Positions 1 through 9,135 of a DNA stretch of 32,000 nt are shown here, one piece after another (the stretch's first letter is position 1; each line of letters begins with the position of its first letter). The stretch lies in the NCBI GenBank assembly GCA_963811985.1, contig CAWEUH010000051.1:116162-148161 (forward strand), read 5' to 3'. Origin of the DNA: an uncultured delta proteobacterium (GTDB lineage: Bacteria > Myxococcota_A > Polyangia > Polyangiales > Polyangiaceae). Made by a program: the position numbers and the translations under genes. Below the pieces are notes generated by a model. That model searched no databases, was not told the DNA's origin, and worked only from the letters and a program-made list of their open reading frames with translations.

Positions 1-1720
1 GCTGTTCCATGCGTCTCATGATGTCGCTGGCGCGAGCGGCATCGCGCGGGCCCCAGTACTTCAAGAGCTCGCCCCAGGCGCTTATGTCGCTCGGCACAAT
101 CTCGACGACGCGTTCGAAGTGTAGCCTCGATTCTTCTTCGCGCCCTGTCCGTGCCAAAATCAGACCCAGGTTATAGTGTGCCTTTGGATATTCGGGGTTG
201 ATCGAGAGTTCCGTTCTGAATTCTGCCTCGGCCTGAACCAGTTGCCCTTGGTTCATGTAGATAAGGCCCAGGTTGTTGTGCGCCACGGGCCAGCGCGCAT
301 CAATCGCGACGGCTTCTCGAAACTGCCGTTCGGCGGCATTGAGATTGCCTTCCCGATATTCCGTTGAACCCATGTTCACGTGAGCCAGCGCCAAATGCGG
401 CGAACCCGCGACGGCGGCTTCGCAAAAGGCGCGCGGCGATTCAAATGCGCCTTCATACCGTAGGGTGAGTACGATCAACCCGAGGCCCCCGACCAGTCCA
501 CCCATGCGCCAAAGGGGCTCAGTTTGGGGCCGTCGCGTCAGCGCATGATTCACGCAGGCCAAGATTCCGAGGGCAATGCCGGCGAGCGGCAGGTACAGGC
601 GATTGTCCAAAATCAGCTGCTCGGAAACGGCCAGGGTCGGCGCAAGCGACAGCGCGGGAACTAGCAGTGCCGCCCAAATGAATAGCCGGCGCGATGCTTC
701 GCGCAACATGGCTACCGCGACACCCAAGAGCACGAGCGCAACTAATGCTGGCCAAATCGACGAATCACGCAAGGTTGCCAACACCTGCAGATCAACGGGC
801 AGCAGCAGTTTGCCAAATGCCACCGGTACCATTAGAAGACTCCGACTCCAACCTCCAAATTCGCTGCTTGCGCCGATGCCCCCGAGTTCATGCGTGCGCA
901 AAGCCAGCCAAGCTGCGCTGGAAACGAACCAGCCTGCCAAGATTGGGCCCCATTTCAGCTGCCGGTAACGCTGAGTCACGAACAGCGAGTACGTGAGCGC
1001 AATTGGAATCACCGCAACGGCGGTCTCTTTGCTCAAGAGCGCTGCGAGCAGTGACGCACAATGCACACCGAGTGCCCAGTACCTCCTGCTCGCTCCGCCG
1101 CGCTCTGGGCGAGGTGGCGACCTGGAAGCTCGGCTCAAGTGCAACGAGTTCTTCGCCTCAGTGTCGCCGGAGCCTTCGAATTCAATCCACGCGTAAAGAC
1201 TAACCAACGCGAAGACGGCCATTAGCCCGTCGGACCGCCCCGGCACCCAGGCTACCGTCTGCGCCGCCGCTGGGTGCACGGCAAATAGCAGCGCCGCGAT
1301 CACGGCGAGCGCTCGCCGGTTAATGAGCCGTTGCGCTATGGCAAACAGCAACCCTGCACTGATTGCGTGCAGGAGGTTGTTGGTTTCGTGAAACGTCCTC
1401 GGCGTCAACGGTGTTGCTCGCCGGGCATCCGCCATGAATGTGAGCGTGACGAGCGGGCGGTAGTATTGCTTCATGGCTCCCGACCTCGGGAACAAGGCCC
1501 GTTGGAATGCGTTGGGCAGAGCGGTTCCACTCGTCAGAAACTGCGCATCTTCGACAATCAGTTGGATGTCGTCCGTGTCAGTCCAGCCGTAGCCGAGCGA
1601 AGGCCAGTAGAGCACGTACGCGCCCACCATAATCAGAAGCGCAGCGATCAAACGCCACCGCAGCGGACTTTGCGTATCGTCGCCGGTCGATGGGTGAGCT
1701 GAATTCGGCGTCTGAGGCAT
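1..1720 (-). CDS. Polytopic membrane protein, GT-C-like (PMT_2/TMTC-like glycosyltransferase) with C-terminal TPR repeats. The 3' end runs off the window.
   Basis: Not in the ORF track because there is no in-window stop. My hand translation from ATG at 1720 (minus strand) stays open to position 1. N-terminus: MPQTPNSAHPSTGDDTQSPLRWRLIAALLIMVGAYVLYWPSLGYGWTDTDDIQLIVED, followed by many hydrophobic segments. The C-terminus shows classic TPR signatures (AHNNLGLIYMNQGQLVQAEAEFRTELSINPEYPKAHYNLGLIL). The track lists no competing minus-strand ORF in this frame. Confidence 0.6.
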   Translation of the reverse strand, partial: MPQTPNSAHPSTGDDTQSPLRWRLIAALLIMVGAYVLYWPSLGYGWTDTDDIQLIVEDAQFLTSGTALPNAFQRALFPRSGAMKQYYRPLVTLTFMADARRATPLTPRTFHETNNLLHAISAGLLFAIAQRLINRRALAVIAALLFAVHPAAAQTVAWVPGRSDGLMAVFALVSLYAWIEFEGSGDTEAKNSLHLSRASRSPPRPERGGASRRYWALGVHCASLLAALLSKETAVAVIPIALTYSLFVTQRYRQLKWGPILAGWFVSSAAWLALRTHELGGIGASSEFGGWSRSLLMVPVAFGKLLLPVDLQVLATLRDSSIWPALVALVLLGVAVAMLREASRRLFIWAALLVPALSLAPTLAVSEQLILDNRLYLPLAGIALGILACVNHALTRRPQTEPLWRMGGLVGGLGLIVLTLRYEGAFESPRAFCEAAVAGSPHLALAHVNMGSTEYREGNLNAAERQFREAVAIDARWPVAHNNLGLIYMNQGQLVQAEAEFRTELSINPEYPKAHYNLGLILARTGREEESRLHFERVVEIVPSDISAWGELLKYWGPRDAARASDIMRRMEQ

Positions 1721-1745
1721 TCGACGAGATCCGGGTAGGTAACCG

Positions 1746-3152
1746 CTATACGGCACCGCGGCGCGCTTCCAGTTCTTCGCGAATCTTGACCATGCGAGCT
1801 TGAGTCAGCGGGAAAGAATGAACGATGACGGCCGCCAAGAGCAATGCTGCCACCGGAAAACCGGCGAATATTCCGCGCATCCACAGCAGGGTAGTAGGAG
1901 ACTGGGTCGTGAGTTTGGCGTCGAAGCCCGTTACCTGATCGAGTAGTGGTCCTACGACAATGGCGCTCACACTCCAGCCAAGTTTGAGGACCCAAGAGAA
2001 GGTGGAAGAGTACGCGCCTTCCCTGCGCTTGCCACTTTTCACTTCGTCGAAATCGACGACGTCGGCGCACATGGAAGGAAGAATTACCCAGAGCCCCGTT
2101 GCGGCCAGGCCATTGAAGCCGCCCGCCACGACGCTCAACCAAGGAGCCTTTGGCGTATAAAGCCACCAACTGGACCCAAACGCAATCAATCCGCCGACAA
2201 GCACAATCGTGAGCGCCTTTGGCTTGCCGAGACGGCGCGAGAGCATTGCAGCCAGGGGTATTCCGGCTATACCGCAAACCGCATACGCGACGCCTGCGTT
2301 TCCGATGACGGCACCGGCATTCGCCATGTTGCCGGAGAACACATAATACGTGGTAACGTAGAAGCCGAGCGTTCCGACCAGCCCCGTTGGTATTGCGTAC
2401 ACGAGGGCAACGGCAAGGAGTAAGAGGTACGGTCGGCAAGTGAACGTATCACGGAACATGGCGACGAAACCCACCTTTTCTTGGGTCTTCGCTTTCACGT
2501 AGTAACGCTCGCGCACCCACGCGAAATTGGCCAGTCCTGCGAGTATCATCACGCCGCCGCAGACTGCGGCGGCCCACATGGCACCGCGCGCGACATCGGG
2601 CTTACCCGTAGCGGGGTCATTGAAAATAGAGAGACCGGCAAACCAAAGGCCGTAACCTACGAGCATGCCGGCAAGCTTTTGGGTCACCGCCTTCCAAGAC
2701 ATGATGCTCGTGCGTTCGTGGTACTCCGGCGTAAGCTCCGCGCCGAGACTCTGGTACGGCATGTTGTAGGCGCTGATGAGCGGCGCATACAGAATTGCCG
2801 ACACAATCATGAACGTTAGGATTGCGTGCTGGCTCCAAGCGCGTGACGCCATGAACAGGCAAGGCATCGCGAACCCGGAAAGAATGGAGCCAACCACGAT
2901 GAACGGGCGCCGCCGCCCCCAACGCGACCGCGTATTGTCCGAAAGCCATCCAAACAGGGGATCTGTAAATGCATCGGTCAACCGCGCCGTGCCCATCCCC
3001 AGGCTGACTTGAGTCGGCGTCAAGCCGAGGTACACATTAAACACGGGGTTGACCATGTTGTTGTACAACCAGTGACCGAAGATGTCGGTCGTGCCGCCCA
3101 GGGCGTAGGCGAACTTGCTTTTGAACGGAACGCGGTCCTCGGCTTTCGTCAT
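1746..3152 (-). CDS. MFS transporter of the glycoside-pentoside-hexuronide (GPH):cation symporter type
   Basis: ORF 1746..3170. N-terminus FKSKFAYALGGTTDIFGHWLYNNMVNPVFNVYLGLTP...DAFTDPLFGWLSDNTRSRWGRRRPF is the typical MelB/GPH signature, and the protein has about 12 hydrophobic segments. The ATG at 3152 (MTKAEDR) is preferred over the TTG at 3170. Confidence 0.8.
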   Translation of the reverse strand: MTKAEDRVPFKSKFAYALGGTTDIFGHWLYNNMVNPVFNVYLGLTPTQVSLGMGTARLTDAFTDPLFGWLSDNTRSRWGRRRPFIVVGSILSGFAMPCLFMASRAWSQHAILTFMIVSAILYAPLISAYNMPYQSLGAELTPEYHERTSIMSWKAVTQKLAGMLVGYGLWFAGLSIFNDPATGKPDVARGAMWAAAVCGGVMILAGLANFAWVRERYYVKAKTQEKVGFVAMFRDTFTCRPYLLLLAVALVYAIPTGLVGTLGFYVTTYYVFSGNMANAGAVIGNAGVAYAVCGIAGIPLAAMLSRRLGKPKALTIVLVGGLIAFGSSWWLYTPKAPWLSVVAGGFNGLAATGLWVILPSMCADVVDFDEVKSGKRREGAYSSTFSWVLKLGWSVSAIVVGPLLDQVTGFDAKLTTQSPTTLLWMRGIFAGFPVAALLLAAVIVHSFPLTQARMVKIREELEARRGAV

Positions 3153-3266
3153 GCTGATCCGGTTGCCCAACGGCGGCTAGCCTGACGCGAGGCGGGCCGA
3201 TTGGCAACGCCCAAAATGGTTCACCAGCCGCGCTCGGAACCAACCCGAGCGGTCAATGATGAATGC

Positions 3267-3782
3267 TCAGCTGCGTCGATGGTACGTTTCGTACGTGAAG
3301 CGCACCGTCTGGTTGCCAATGCTATCGAGCCCCTCGTGCTCTTCCGCGGTTACGAGTTCCCACTCAGCAGGATCGAAGTCGGGGAAGCGCACGTCCCCGG
3401 GGTAGTCGTGGTGGATGCGCGTCAGCTCCAATTGATCGGAAACCTTCATTGCCAACCGATAGATGGTGGCTCCGCCCGTGATGAATGCCTTGTCGAGGCC
3501 CAATGTGCGCACGTAAGCAATCGCTTCGTCGAAGTCGTGAAAGAGTGTGACGCCGGGCGGCCGATAGTTGCGATCCAGCGTAAGAACCACGTTCTCACGG
3601 CCCGACAGCGGCCGCGACGAATCGGGAAGCGATTTGAACGTCGCATCGCCCATGACGCAGGGGAACCCCATGGTCAGGCGTTTGAAACGTTTGAAGTCGT
3701 CACTGATGCGCCAGGGGATGTCGTTCTTTCCGCCAATTACGCCGTTCTGGGCGACGGCCGCGATGATGATTAGGTCAGTCAT
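3267..3782 (-). CDS. folA: Dihydrofolate reductase
   Basis: 171 aa. IIIAAVAQNGVIGGKNDIPWRISDDFKRFKRLTMGFPCVMGDATFKSLP matches the DHFR N-terminal nucleotide-binding signature. It lies 9 nt downstream of thyA on the same strand. Confidence 0.9.
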   Translation of the reverse strand: MTDLIIIAAVAQNGVIGGKNDIPWRISDDFKRFKRLTMGFPCVMGDATFKSLPDSSRPLSGRENVVLTLDRNYRPPGVTLFHDFDEAIAYVRTLGLDKAFITGGATIYRLAMKVSDQLELTRIHHDYPGDVRFPDFDPAEWELVTAEEHEGLDSIGNQTVRFTYETYHRRS

Positions 3783-3791
3783 GGGGTGGAC

Positions 3792-4658
3792 CTAGACGGC
3801 AATTTCGAAGGGGATTTTCGGATGGTGGCGGTAGCCTTGCACTCCTGAATCCGTGTGGCTCCAGCTGAAGATGTCTTCGAATTTGTCCGTAACGATCTGG
3901 CAAAGGGGATAGGGCTCGCGTTCGAGTTGCAGGCGCATGCCATCGACGTGGTTGACGTAGATGTGCGTGTCGGCAAGAAACCCCACGAGTCGCCCCTCCT
4001 TCAAGTTGGACCCCTTGGCGAGCAAGTGCAAGAGCAACCCGTAGCTGGCGATGTTGAAGGGAAGCCCGAGCGCCACGTCAACGCTGCGCTGGTTCCACAG
4101 CAGGTTGAGCCTGCCTGCAGTGACCGTCACTTGGAACCCGTAGTGACACGGGGGCAAAGCCATGCGTTGAAAGTCCACTGGGTTCCAGGCAGACACAATC
4201 ATTCTGCGATCCGTGGGATCCGTCTTGAGTTTTTCGACCACGTTGCGCAATTGATCGATGCCCGCGCCGGTTGGGGGCGTATCGTACGCCACGTATTTTG
4301 CCCCAAAATGGCGCCACTGCCATCCGTAGATGGGCCCAAGCTCGCGCTCCTCAGCCATCCGGGCGAGCGTTTCGGGATCGTGCCCGTAGGGGACGATCTC
4401 AGGACTGCACCACTCGTCCCAAATATGATTGTTGCGCGAACGCAGCCACTCTTTGTCCGTGATGCCCTTGATGAAGAACTCGAGTTCGGACGCCACCAAG
4501 CGTAGGCTTACTGATTTGGTCGTCAACAGCGGAAAACCGCTCGCAAGATCGTGCTCGAAGATTGCACCGGGCAAAGTAATAGCGTTGACTCCGGTGCGGT
4601 TCGGTTGACGCTCACCGCTGTCGAGGATCCGTCGGGCTATGTCGAGGTAGGCCTTCAC
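3792..4658 (-). CDS. thyA: Thymidylate synthase (ThyA type)
   Basis: 288 aa. Matching segments: MKAYLDIARRILDSGERQPNRTGVNAITLPGAIFEHDL..GFPLLTTK, the catalytic-site context MALPPCHYGFQV, and the C-terminal PKIPFEIAV. Confidence 0.93.
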   Translation of the reverse strand: MKAYLDIARRILDSGERQPNRTGVNAITLPGAIFEHDLASGFPLLTTKSVSLRLVASELEFFIKGITDKEWLRSRNNHIWDEWCSPEIVPYGHDPETLARMAEERELGPIYGWQWRHFGAKYVAYDTPPTGAGIDQLRNVVEKLKTDPTDRRMIVSAWNPVDFQRMALPPCHYGFQVTVTAGRLNLLWNQRSVDVALGLPFNIASYGLLLHLLAKGSNLKEGRLVGFLADTHIYVNHVDGMRLQLEREPYPLCQIVTDKFEDIFSWSHTDSGVQGYRHHPKIPFEIAV

Positions 4659-4980
4659 GTGCGGCGACGAGAGCGTCCTAGCGCTTGCCGGAGGTCATGT
4701 CCACTGCCGCCTTGGCCGCAGCTGCAACAGCACCTGTGGCGGCGGCAGCAACAGCGGCAGCACCCGCCGCTGAAATCCAGCCCTCGGGCTGCCTTCGCTC
4801 GGCCTTCGCTGTGAGTTCGCTCTGCCTTCGCTCTGCCCTTACTCAAGGCTTACTCCCTGCCGGAAATCGCCTCGGAGGACGCTCGCCGATCCCGTGCGGC
4901 GCAGCCAAGCCGCACTAAATCCTTCAGCGGTAGTACCGGGCGGCTTGACACTCGGTCGCTCCGCCCCAGATTCTAGCGCG

Positions 4981-5505
4981 ATGGGCATACTCGATAAGGC
5001 CAAAGAGGCCACGGCAGCTGCTGCGTCGCGCGCGACCGAATTGCGCGACCAGGCCACTGAGGTGGCCTCAAGTGTCACTGGGCGAGCCGCCACGACAATT
5101 CGCGATCAGGCTACGGATCTCAGCGCGGGTCTCCGCGAGCGCGCAGCGTCGCTTTCGGCGAGCCTAGCTGACGCCACGATCGTGCCCGTCAAAGCGGCAC
5201 TTGCTGATTTCAATGCCGCGCTCCCAATCCTAGCGCTTGCTGGCTATACGGTGAGCGAAGTTGCAGCTGAACTTGGAATTCCGCCTAAAATTGTTGCCAA
5301 CTTTGCGAGCGCCGAAGCGGTACCGGACGAGCGAGTCGAGGAAATGCTAAACGAGCACAAGGACGCGGCGCTAGCAACCATGCTCGTGCGAGCTCTCATG
5401 GGTGCGCGTAAGCTGCAGGATTCCGTAAAGGTGGGGGGGCTTCGTCCAAAGGGGCTTGCTCTCACCATTGGAATATCGCCATCAGTCGTCGTGAAATTCG
5501 GATAA
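4981..5505 (+). CDS. Hypothetical protein with an Ala-rich helical N-terminal half
   Basis: ORF 4894..5505. I prefer the ATG at 4981 (MGILDKAKEATAAAASRATELRDQ...). I recognise no family. Coding status rests only on ORF length and a non-repetitive C-terminal half. Confidence 0.4.
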   Translation: MGILDKAKEATAAAASRATELRDQATEVASSVTGRAATTIRDQATDLSAGLRERAASLSASLADATIVPVKAALADFNAALPILALAGYTVSEVAAELGIPPKIVANFASAEAVPDERVEEMLNEHKDAALATMLVRALMGARKLQDSVKVGGLRPKGLALTIGISPSVVVKFG

Positions 5506-5595
5506 AGTATTGGCACCGTGCCGGCTCGACTCACCTGTCAATCGACCTGCCTTAGGGCTTTGCTTGGGTCGTGAGCTGGTGTGGTGCGGTTGCCT

Positions 5596-6993
5596 TCACA
5601 CGACCACGCGTTGGCCAAACTCGGGAACGACGACGGGACAATCGAAGCGCGCCAGGACTTGGTCGGCAAAGCTTGCCGTGACGTTCGTGCCCCCGTGAAC
5701 CACGGCGACATGACGCGGGCCATCGGGCATTTGAGCGAGCCAGTCGAGAAGCTCGTTGCGATCGGCGTGGCCCGAAAAGCCGTGAACCTGAGCTACCTGG
5801 ATCGAGACGGGCATGAAGCGACCGAAGAGGCGAACCTCCGGCGGGCGCTCGAGAAGTTGGCGGCCGAGCGTCCCCGTTGCCTGGTAGCCAACGAACAGCA
5901 GGGTGCTCTCGGGTCGCTCGAGATGCCGTGCAAGGTGATGCTTGATGCGGCCGCCCGTGCACATGCCCGAACCGGCAATGATGATCGACGGGTGTCGGTA
6001 CTCGTTGATGCGCTTCGATTCTTCGCACGAGGCGCACAAATGCAGTTCGGGCATCTTGAACGGTGAGTGCCCGCCCTGCAACGCGTCACGCGACGACGAG
6101 TCCATGGCTTCTGGATGTTGACCAAAGACTTTCAAGAGATTGACTGCCATCGGGCTGTCGAGGAAGATGGGGCAGGGACCGATACGCCCCGCATCGCGAA
6201 GCTTCTGTAGGTAAAAGAGCAGCTCTTGGGCGCGCTCGACGGCGAAACACGGAATGAGTACCGAGCCTCCGCGTTGCAACGTGGGGGTGATGACGCCTTC
6301 GAGCTGCGTGAGCACGTCGATCGTGTCATCGTGAATTCGATCCCCATACGTTGACTCGATGACGACGAGATCGGCGAACGGCGGAGGCGACGGATCGGGC
6401 ACCAAAGGGCGGCCCGGTCGCCCGAGATCCCCCGAAAATAGCACGCGCTTTTTGCTCTCGTGATGCTCGAGCAGCACGATGCTTGCCCCGAGAATGTGCC
6501 CGGATGGCAATAGGGTGGCCGAAACGCCCGGCGCGATGTTTTCGGGCTTGCCGAAGTTCAGCCCGCGCAAGACTTCACACGCACGTGTGACGTCGTCTTC
6601 GTCGAAGAGTACCGCGGGCGGAAAGCGCGATTGGCGGCCTTCGGCCTGGTGACGCTTGCGTTTGTTCGCGACGTCTTCTGCCTGCAGATGGGCGGCATCA
6701 TACAACACCAAAGGGACGATTCCCGCCGTAGCGCGGGAACAGAATGTAGGCCCGGCGTACCCCATACGAACCAACCGAGGCAACCAACCCGTGTGGTCGA
6801 TGTGTGCATGCGTGAGCACGACGGCGTCGATCGCGGACGGCGCAACGGCGAAGGCATCCCAGTTGCGCCCGGCGTTTTGCCGCTCTTGATAGAGCCCGCA
6901 GTCCACGAGCACCCGCGCGCCCTCGAACTCGACGAGGTGCCGCGACCCTGTCACGTTGCGGGCAGCGCCGAGAAATGAAATGCTAGTCGTCAT
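5596..6993 (-). CDS. MBL-fold beta-CASP family hydrolase (RNA-metabolising metallo-beta-lactamase type)
   Basis: ORF 5596..7275. The conserved body starts at MTTSISFLGAARNVTGSRHLVEFEGARVLVDCGLYQE. It has the HxHxDH motif (THAHIDHTG) and a C-terminal ..VHGFSGHADRNELLDWL.. motif typical of beta-CASP. Start set at ATG 6993 because the upstream 94 codons look like a spurious GC-rich extension. Confidence 0.8.
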   Translation of the reverse strand: MTTSISFLGAARNVTGSRHLVEFEGARVLVDCGLYQERQNAGRNWDAFAVAPSAIDAVVLTHAHIDHTGWLPRLVRMGYAGPTFCSRATAGIVPLVLYDAAHLQAEDVANKRKRHQAEGRQSRFPPAVLFDEDDVTRACEVLRGLNFGKPENIAPGVSATLLPSGHILGASIVLLEHHESKKRVLFSGDLGRPGRPLVPDPSPPPFADLVVIESTYGDRIHDDTIDVLTQLEGVITPTLQRGGSVLIPCFAVERAQELLFYLQKLRDAGRIGPCPIFLDSPMAVNLLKVFGQHPEAMDSSSRDALQGGHSPFKMPELHLCASCEESKRINEYRHPSIIIAGSGMCTGGRIKHHLARHLERPESTLLFVGYQATGTLGRQLLERPPEVRLFGRFMPVSIQVAQVHGFSGHADRNELLDWLAQMPDGPRHVAVVHGGTNVTASFADQVLARFDCPVVVPEFGQRVVV

Positions 6994-7147
6994 TCGAATC
7001 TTCGACGTTACAGCGTCGCGGTCGCCAGAACAAGCGGATTCGGAACACGTTACAAGCGTCGCAAAAGACCTTGTCAAGCCCATACGAATGCTACACTCTC
7101 GGGGTTTCAAGCCAAGTGACACCGGTAAGCTGCCTCGAATACAGTCA

Positions 7148-9118
7148 ATGTGCCTGGGCATCGGTCTGCTCCGGGCGAGTTGTAAACGGCAGGTCAGCGT
7201 GAAGCGGCCGGCACTTCTAGCGTTATGGACATTGGGCTGCAGCCACCCGGCCATGGCAGGCACTGGCCTCGACAATCAGTCCGAGGCATTGAAAAACGAT
7301 CGCGAGGTTCAGCCTCGGCATTCAAGCGTTTCTGCGGACCCGATCAATGGCCAAGCGTTTCCTGACCGAGTGCTCGCGTTGACGTGGGATGACGGTCCCG
7401 ATGTACACACCGTTGAGCTGGCGCGGTATCTGCAGTCCGAACGAGTGTCGGCAACGTTCTTCGTCGTCAATGAGTGGCAGCCCAAGATCTCGTCCGATCC
7501 GGGCGAAGGGCGTTACACGTTCCACACGGGATACAAGCATATCCCCGTGCTTGGCGATTTGGTCGCACTCGGGCATCGCGTTGGCAATCATTCACAGAAT
7601 CATGTTCTTCTTACCGAAGTGGCTCCGGCACAAGCCCTCGAACAGATTGCCTACGGGCAACGCGCAGTTGACTTATTTGCCAGCAATGAGCAGCGGTTCT
7701 TTCGCGCACCGGGCGGGGCTTGGAATATCTCAGTAGCCACCGCAGCGGACTGCGATCCCAATATCCAAGATGCGCTGCCTCCGATTCGCTGGGACGTGGA
7801 TCGCAAAGACTGGATGAATTCGATCGAGTGCAATTCCGACCGTCCGAAGATCGAGTGTGAGTGGCACAACGACCGATGGCGTGTCAAGGCCGCCGTCACG
7901 GCACGTCGTTATGTCGATTCGGTTCTGTCGTTGCGGCACGGAATCGTCCTTTTGCACGATCGAGTCGGAGACGTTGGGTCGCAGTATGCCCTGGATGTGG
8001 CCCAAATCTTGGTGCCTGCGCTGAAATCCCGAGGCTTTGTGTTTGCTGCGCCCGTGCTTCGGTTCTCGCCACTTGCTGAGCGAGTCAATTGGACGAACCC
8101 GTTAGCGGCTTCAGCCCTGTTGACGTCGAGCTTGCGTCTTGCAAAAGGCAGAGAGCACGGCGCCTATCTATGCGGGGAGTCGAACGTCGGCGCCCTCTGC
8201 GTTCCCGCAAGACACGCAAGGCCAACGAATCGGATGCCCTTCAGCGACTTTGGGGGTGGATCCGTCCTCGACGGGAGCGAGCATCAGTCAACAATGACCG
8301 ACCGCAATGCAAGCAGGCGTTACGGTGACATAAATGGCGACGGTGCAATCGACTATTGCGAAATCTCTTCGAACCGTATTGACTGCCGTTTGGGGTCCGG
8401 TGGGGGTCAGTTTGTCGGCCCCGCAACCTGGTCACTTGGGCCAAGCGACGGCCCTGGTGTAGTCACGCGGGCGTCACAAAACCTGGGTCGCGACGGCACA
8501 GACTTCTGGCTCGCAGATCTCGACGGAAACGGGCGGGCGGATTTATGTGGCTGGGCTGGGTCACAGCTCGTCTGTGCGCTAAGTAATGGGTCCGGTTTCT
8601 CTGCAACGACGGTGTGGTTATCGGAAGATGAGGCTATGCTCCAAGACAGCGAGCTTTCAATGAATCGTCGGCAAACGCTGGAATTTGGTGACGTTAATGG
8701 GGACGGTCGAGACGACGTGTGCTGGAGCAATTCGAACGGCGTCACCTGCGCGCTATCGACCGGGACCCGATTCGATCAGCCGACGCAATGGTCCGGTAGC
8801 GACCGACTTGGCGTGACATTGCGCGATCGATGGGTTCCCCAAGGTGTCTACGGGGCCACCCTCCGCCTCGGTGATCTAAACGGCGACGGCTATGCCGATC
8901 TGTGCGGGCGGTCGCCGTCGGGAGTTCTTTGCGCGTTGTCAACAGGTCATGAATTCCTTGCCCCCACATTGTGGCTCGACCAGGGAATGCGAGATAGTGA
9001 TGGCTGGCTTGACCCGCGCGCACACCCTTCAATCGAGCTTGTCGATCTTAATGGCGATGGTCGCGCTGATCTCTGCGCAATTCTATCCGAACGAGTCCTG
9101 TGTGCGATTGCGCCCTGA
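7148..9118 (+). CDS. Secreted polysaccharide deacetylase (NodB/CE4 homology domain) fused to Cys-containing FG-GAP/VCBS-like repeats
   Basis: ORF 6956..9118. NodB motif LTWDDGPDVHTVELARYLQSERVSATFFVV and HSQNH. The C-terminal half has about 6 repeats of GD(I/V/L)NGDG(R/Y)(A/D)D(L/V)C...CALS(N/T)G. Start at ATG 7148 gives a signal-like N-terminus (..PALLALWTLGCS). The start is uncertain. Confidence 0.7.
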   Translation: MCLGIGLLRASCKRQVSVKRPALLALWTLGCSHPAMAGTGLDNQSEALKNDREVQPRHSSVSADPINGQAFPDRVLALTWDDGPDVHTVELARYLQSERVSATFFVVNEWQPKISSDPGEGRYTFHTGYKHIPVLGDLVALGHRVGNHSQNHVLLTEVAPAQALEQIAYGQRAVDLFASNEQRFFRAPGGAWNISVATAADCDPNIQDALPPIRWDVDRKDWMNSIECNSDRPKIECEWHNDRWRVKAAVTARRYVDSVLSLRHGIVLLHDRVGDVGSQYALDVAQILVPALKSRGFVFAAPVLRFSPLAERVNWTNPLAASALLTSSLRLAKGREHGAYLCGESNVGALCVPARHARPTNRMPFSDFGGGSVLDGSEHQSTMTDRNASRRYGDINGDGAIDYCEISSNRIDCRLGSGGGQFVGPATWSLGPSDGPGVVTRASQNLGRDGTDFWLADLDGNGRADLCGWAGSQLVCALSNGSGFSATTVWLSEDEAMLQDSELSMNRRQTLEFGDVNGDGRDDVCWSNSNGVTCALSTGTRFDQPTQWSGSDRLGVTLRDRWVPQGVYGATLRLGDLNGDGYADLCGRSPSGVLCALSTGHEFLAPTLWLDQGMRDSDGWLDPRAHPSIELVDLNGDGRADLCAILSERVLCAIAP

Positions 9119-9135
9119 ATTGGAGGTTCCGTGAG

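Noticed and set aside
4655-4918. Cys-rich 63-aa ORF (minus, CCRCCCRRHRCCCSC), which could have been a small peptide or RiPP-like precursor, and the Ala-rich 77-aa ORF (plus)
   Set aside because: Both are produced by GCAGC-type low complexity and by the 11-bp (non-triplet) tandem repeat. There is no RBS, and both lie in the thyA promoter region.
5552-6125. ORFs 5552..6037 (minus), 5581..6066 (plus) and 5793..6125 (minus), each 110-161 aa
   Set aside because: They lie entirely inside the beta-CASP/MBL gene in other frames. Their Arg/Ala/Pro-rich composition is typical of off-frame GC-rich translation.
6956-7275. Long N-terminal extensions of the divergent ORFs 5596..7275 (minus) and 6956..9118 (plus), which overlap each other
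   Set aside because: The conserved domains begin much later (MTTSISFLG at 6993, and a signal-like sequence from ATG 7148). Mutual overlap of divergent genes is implausible. Open frames like this are common in GC-rich DNA.
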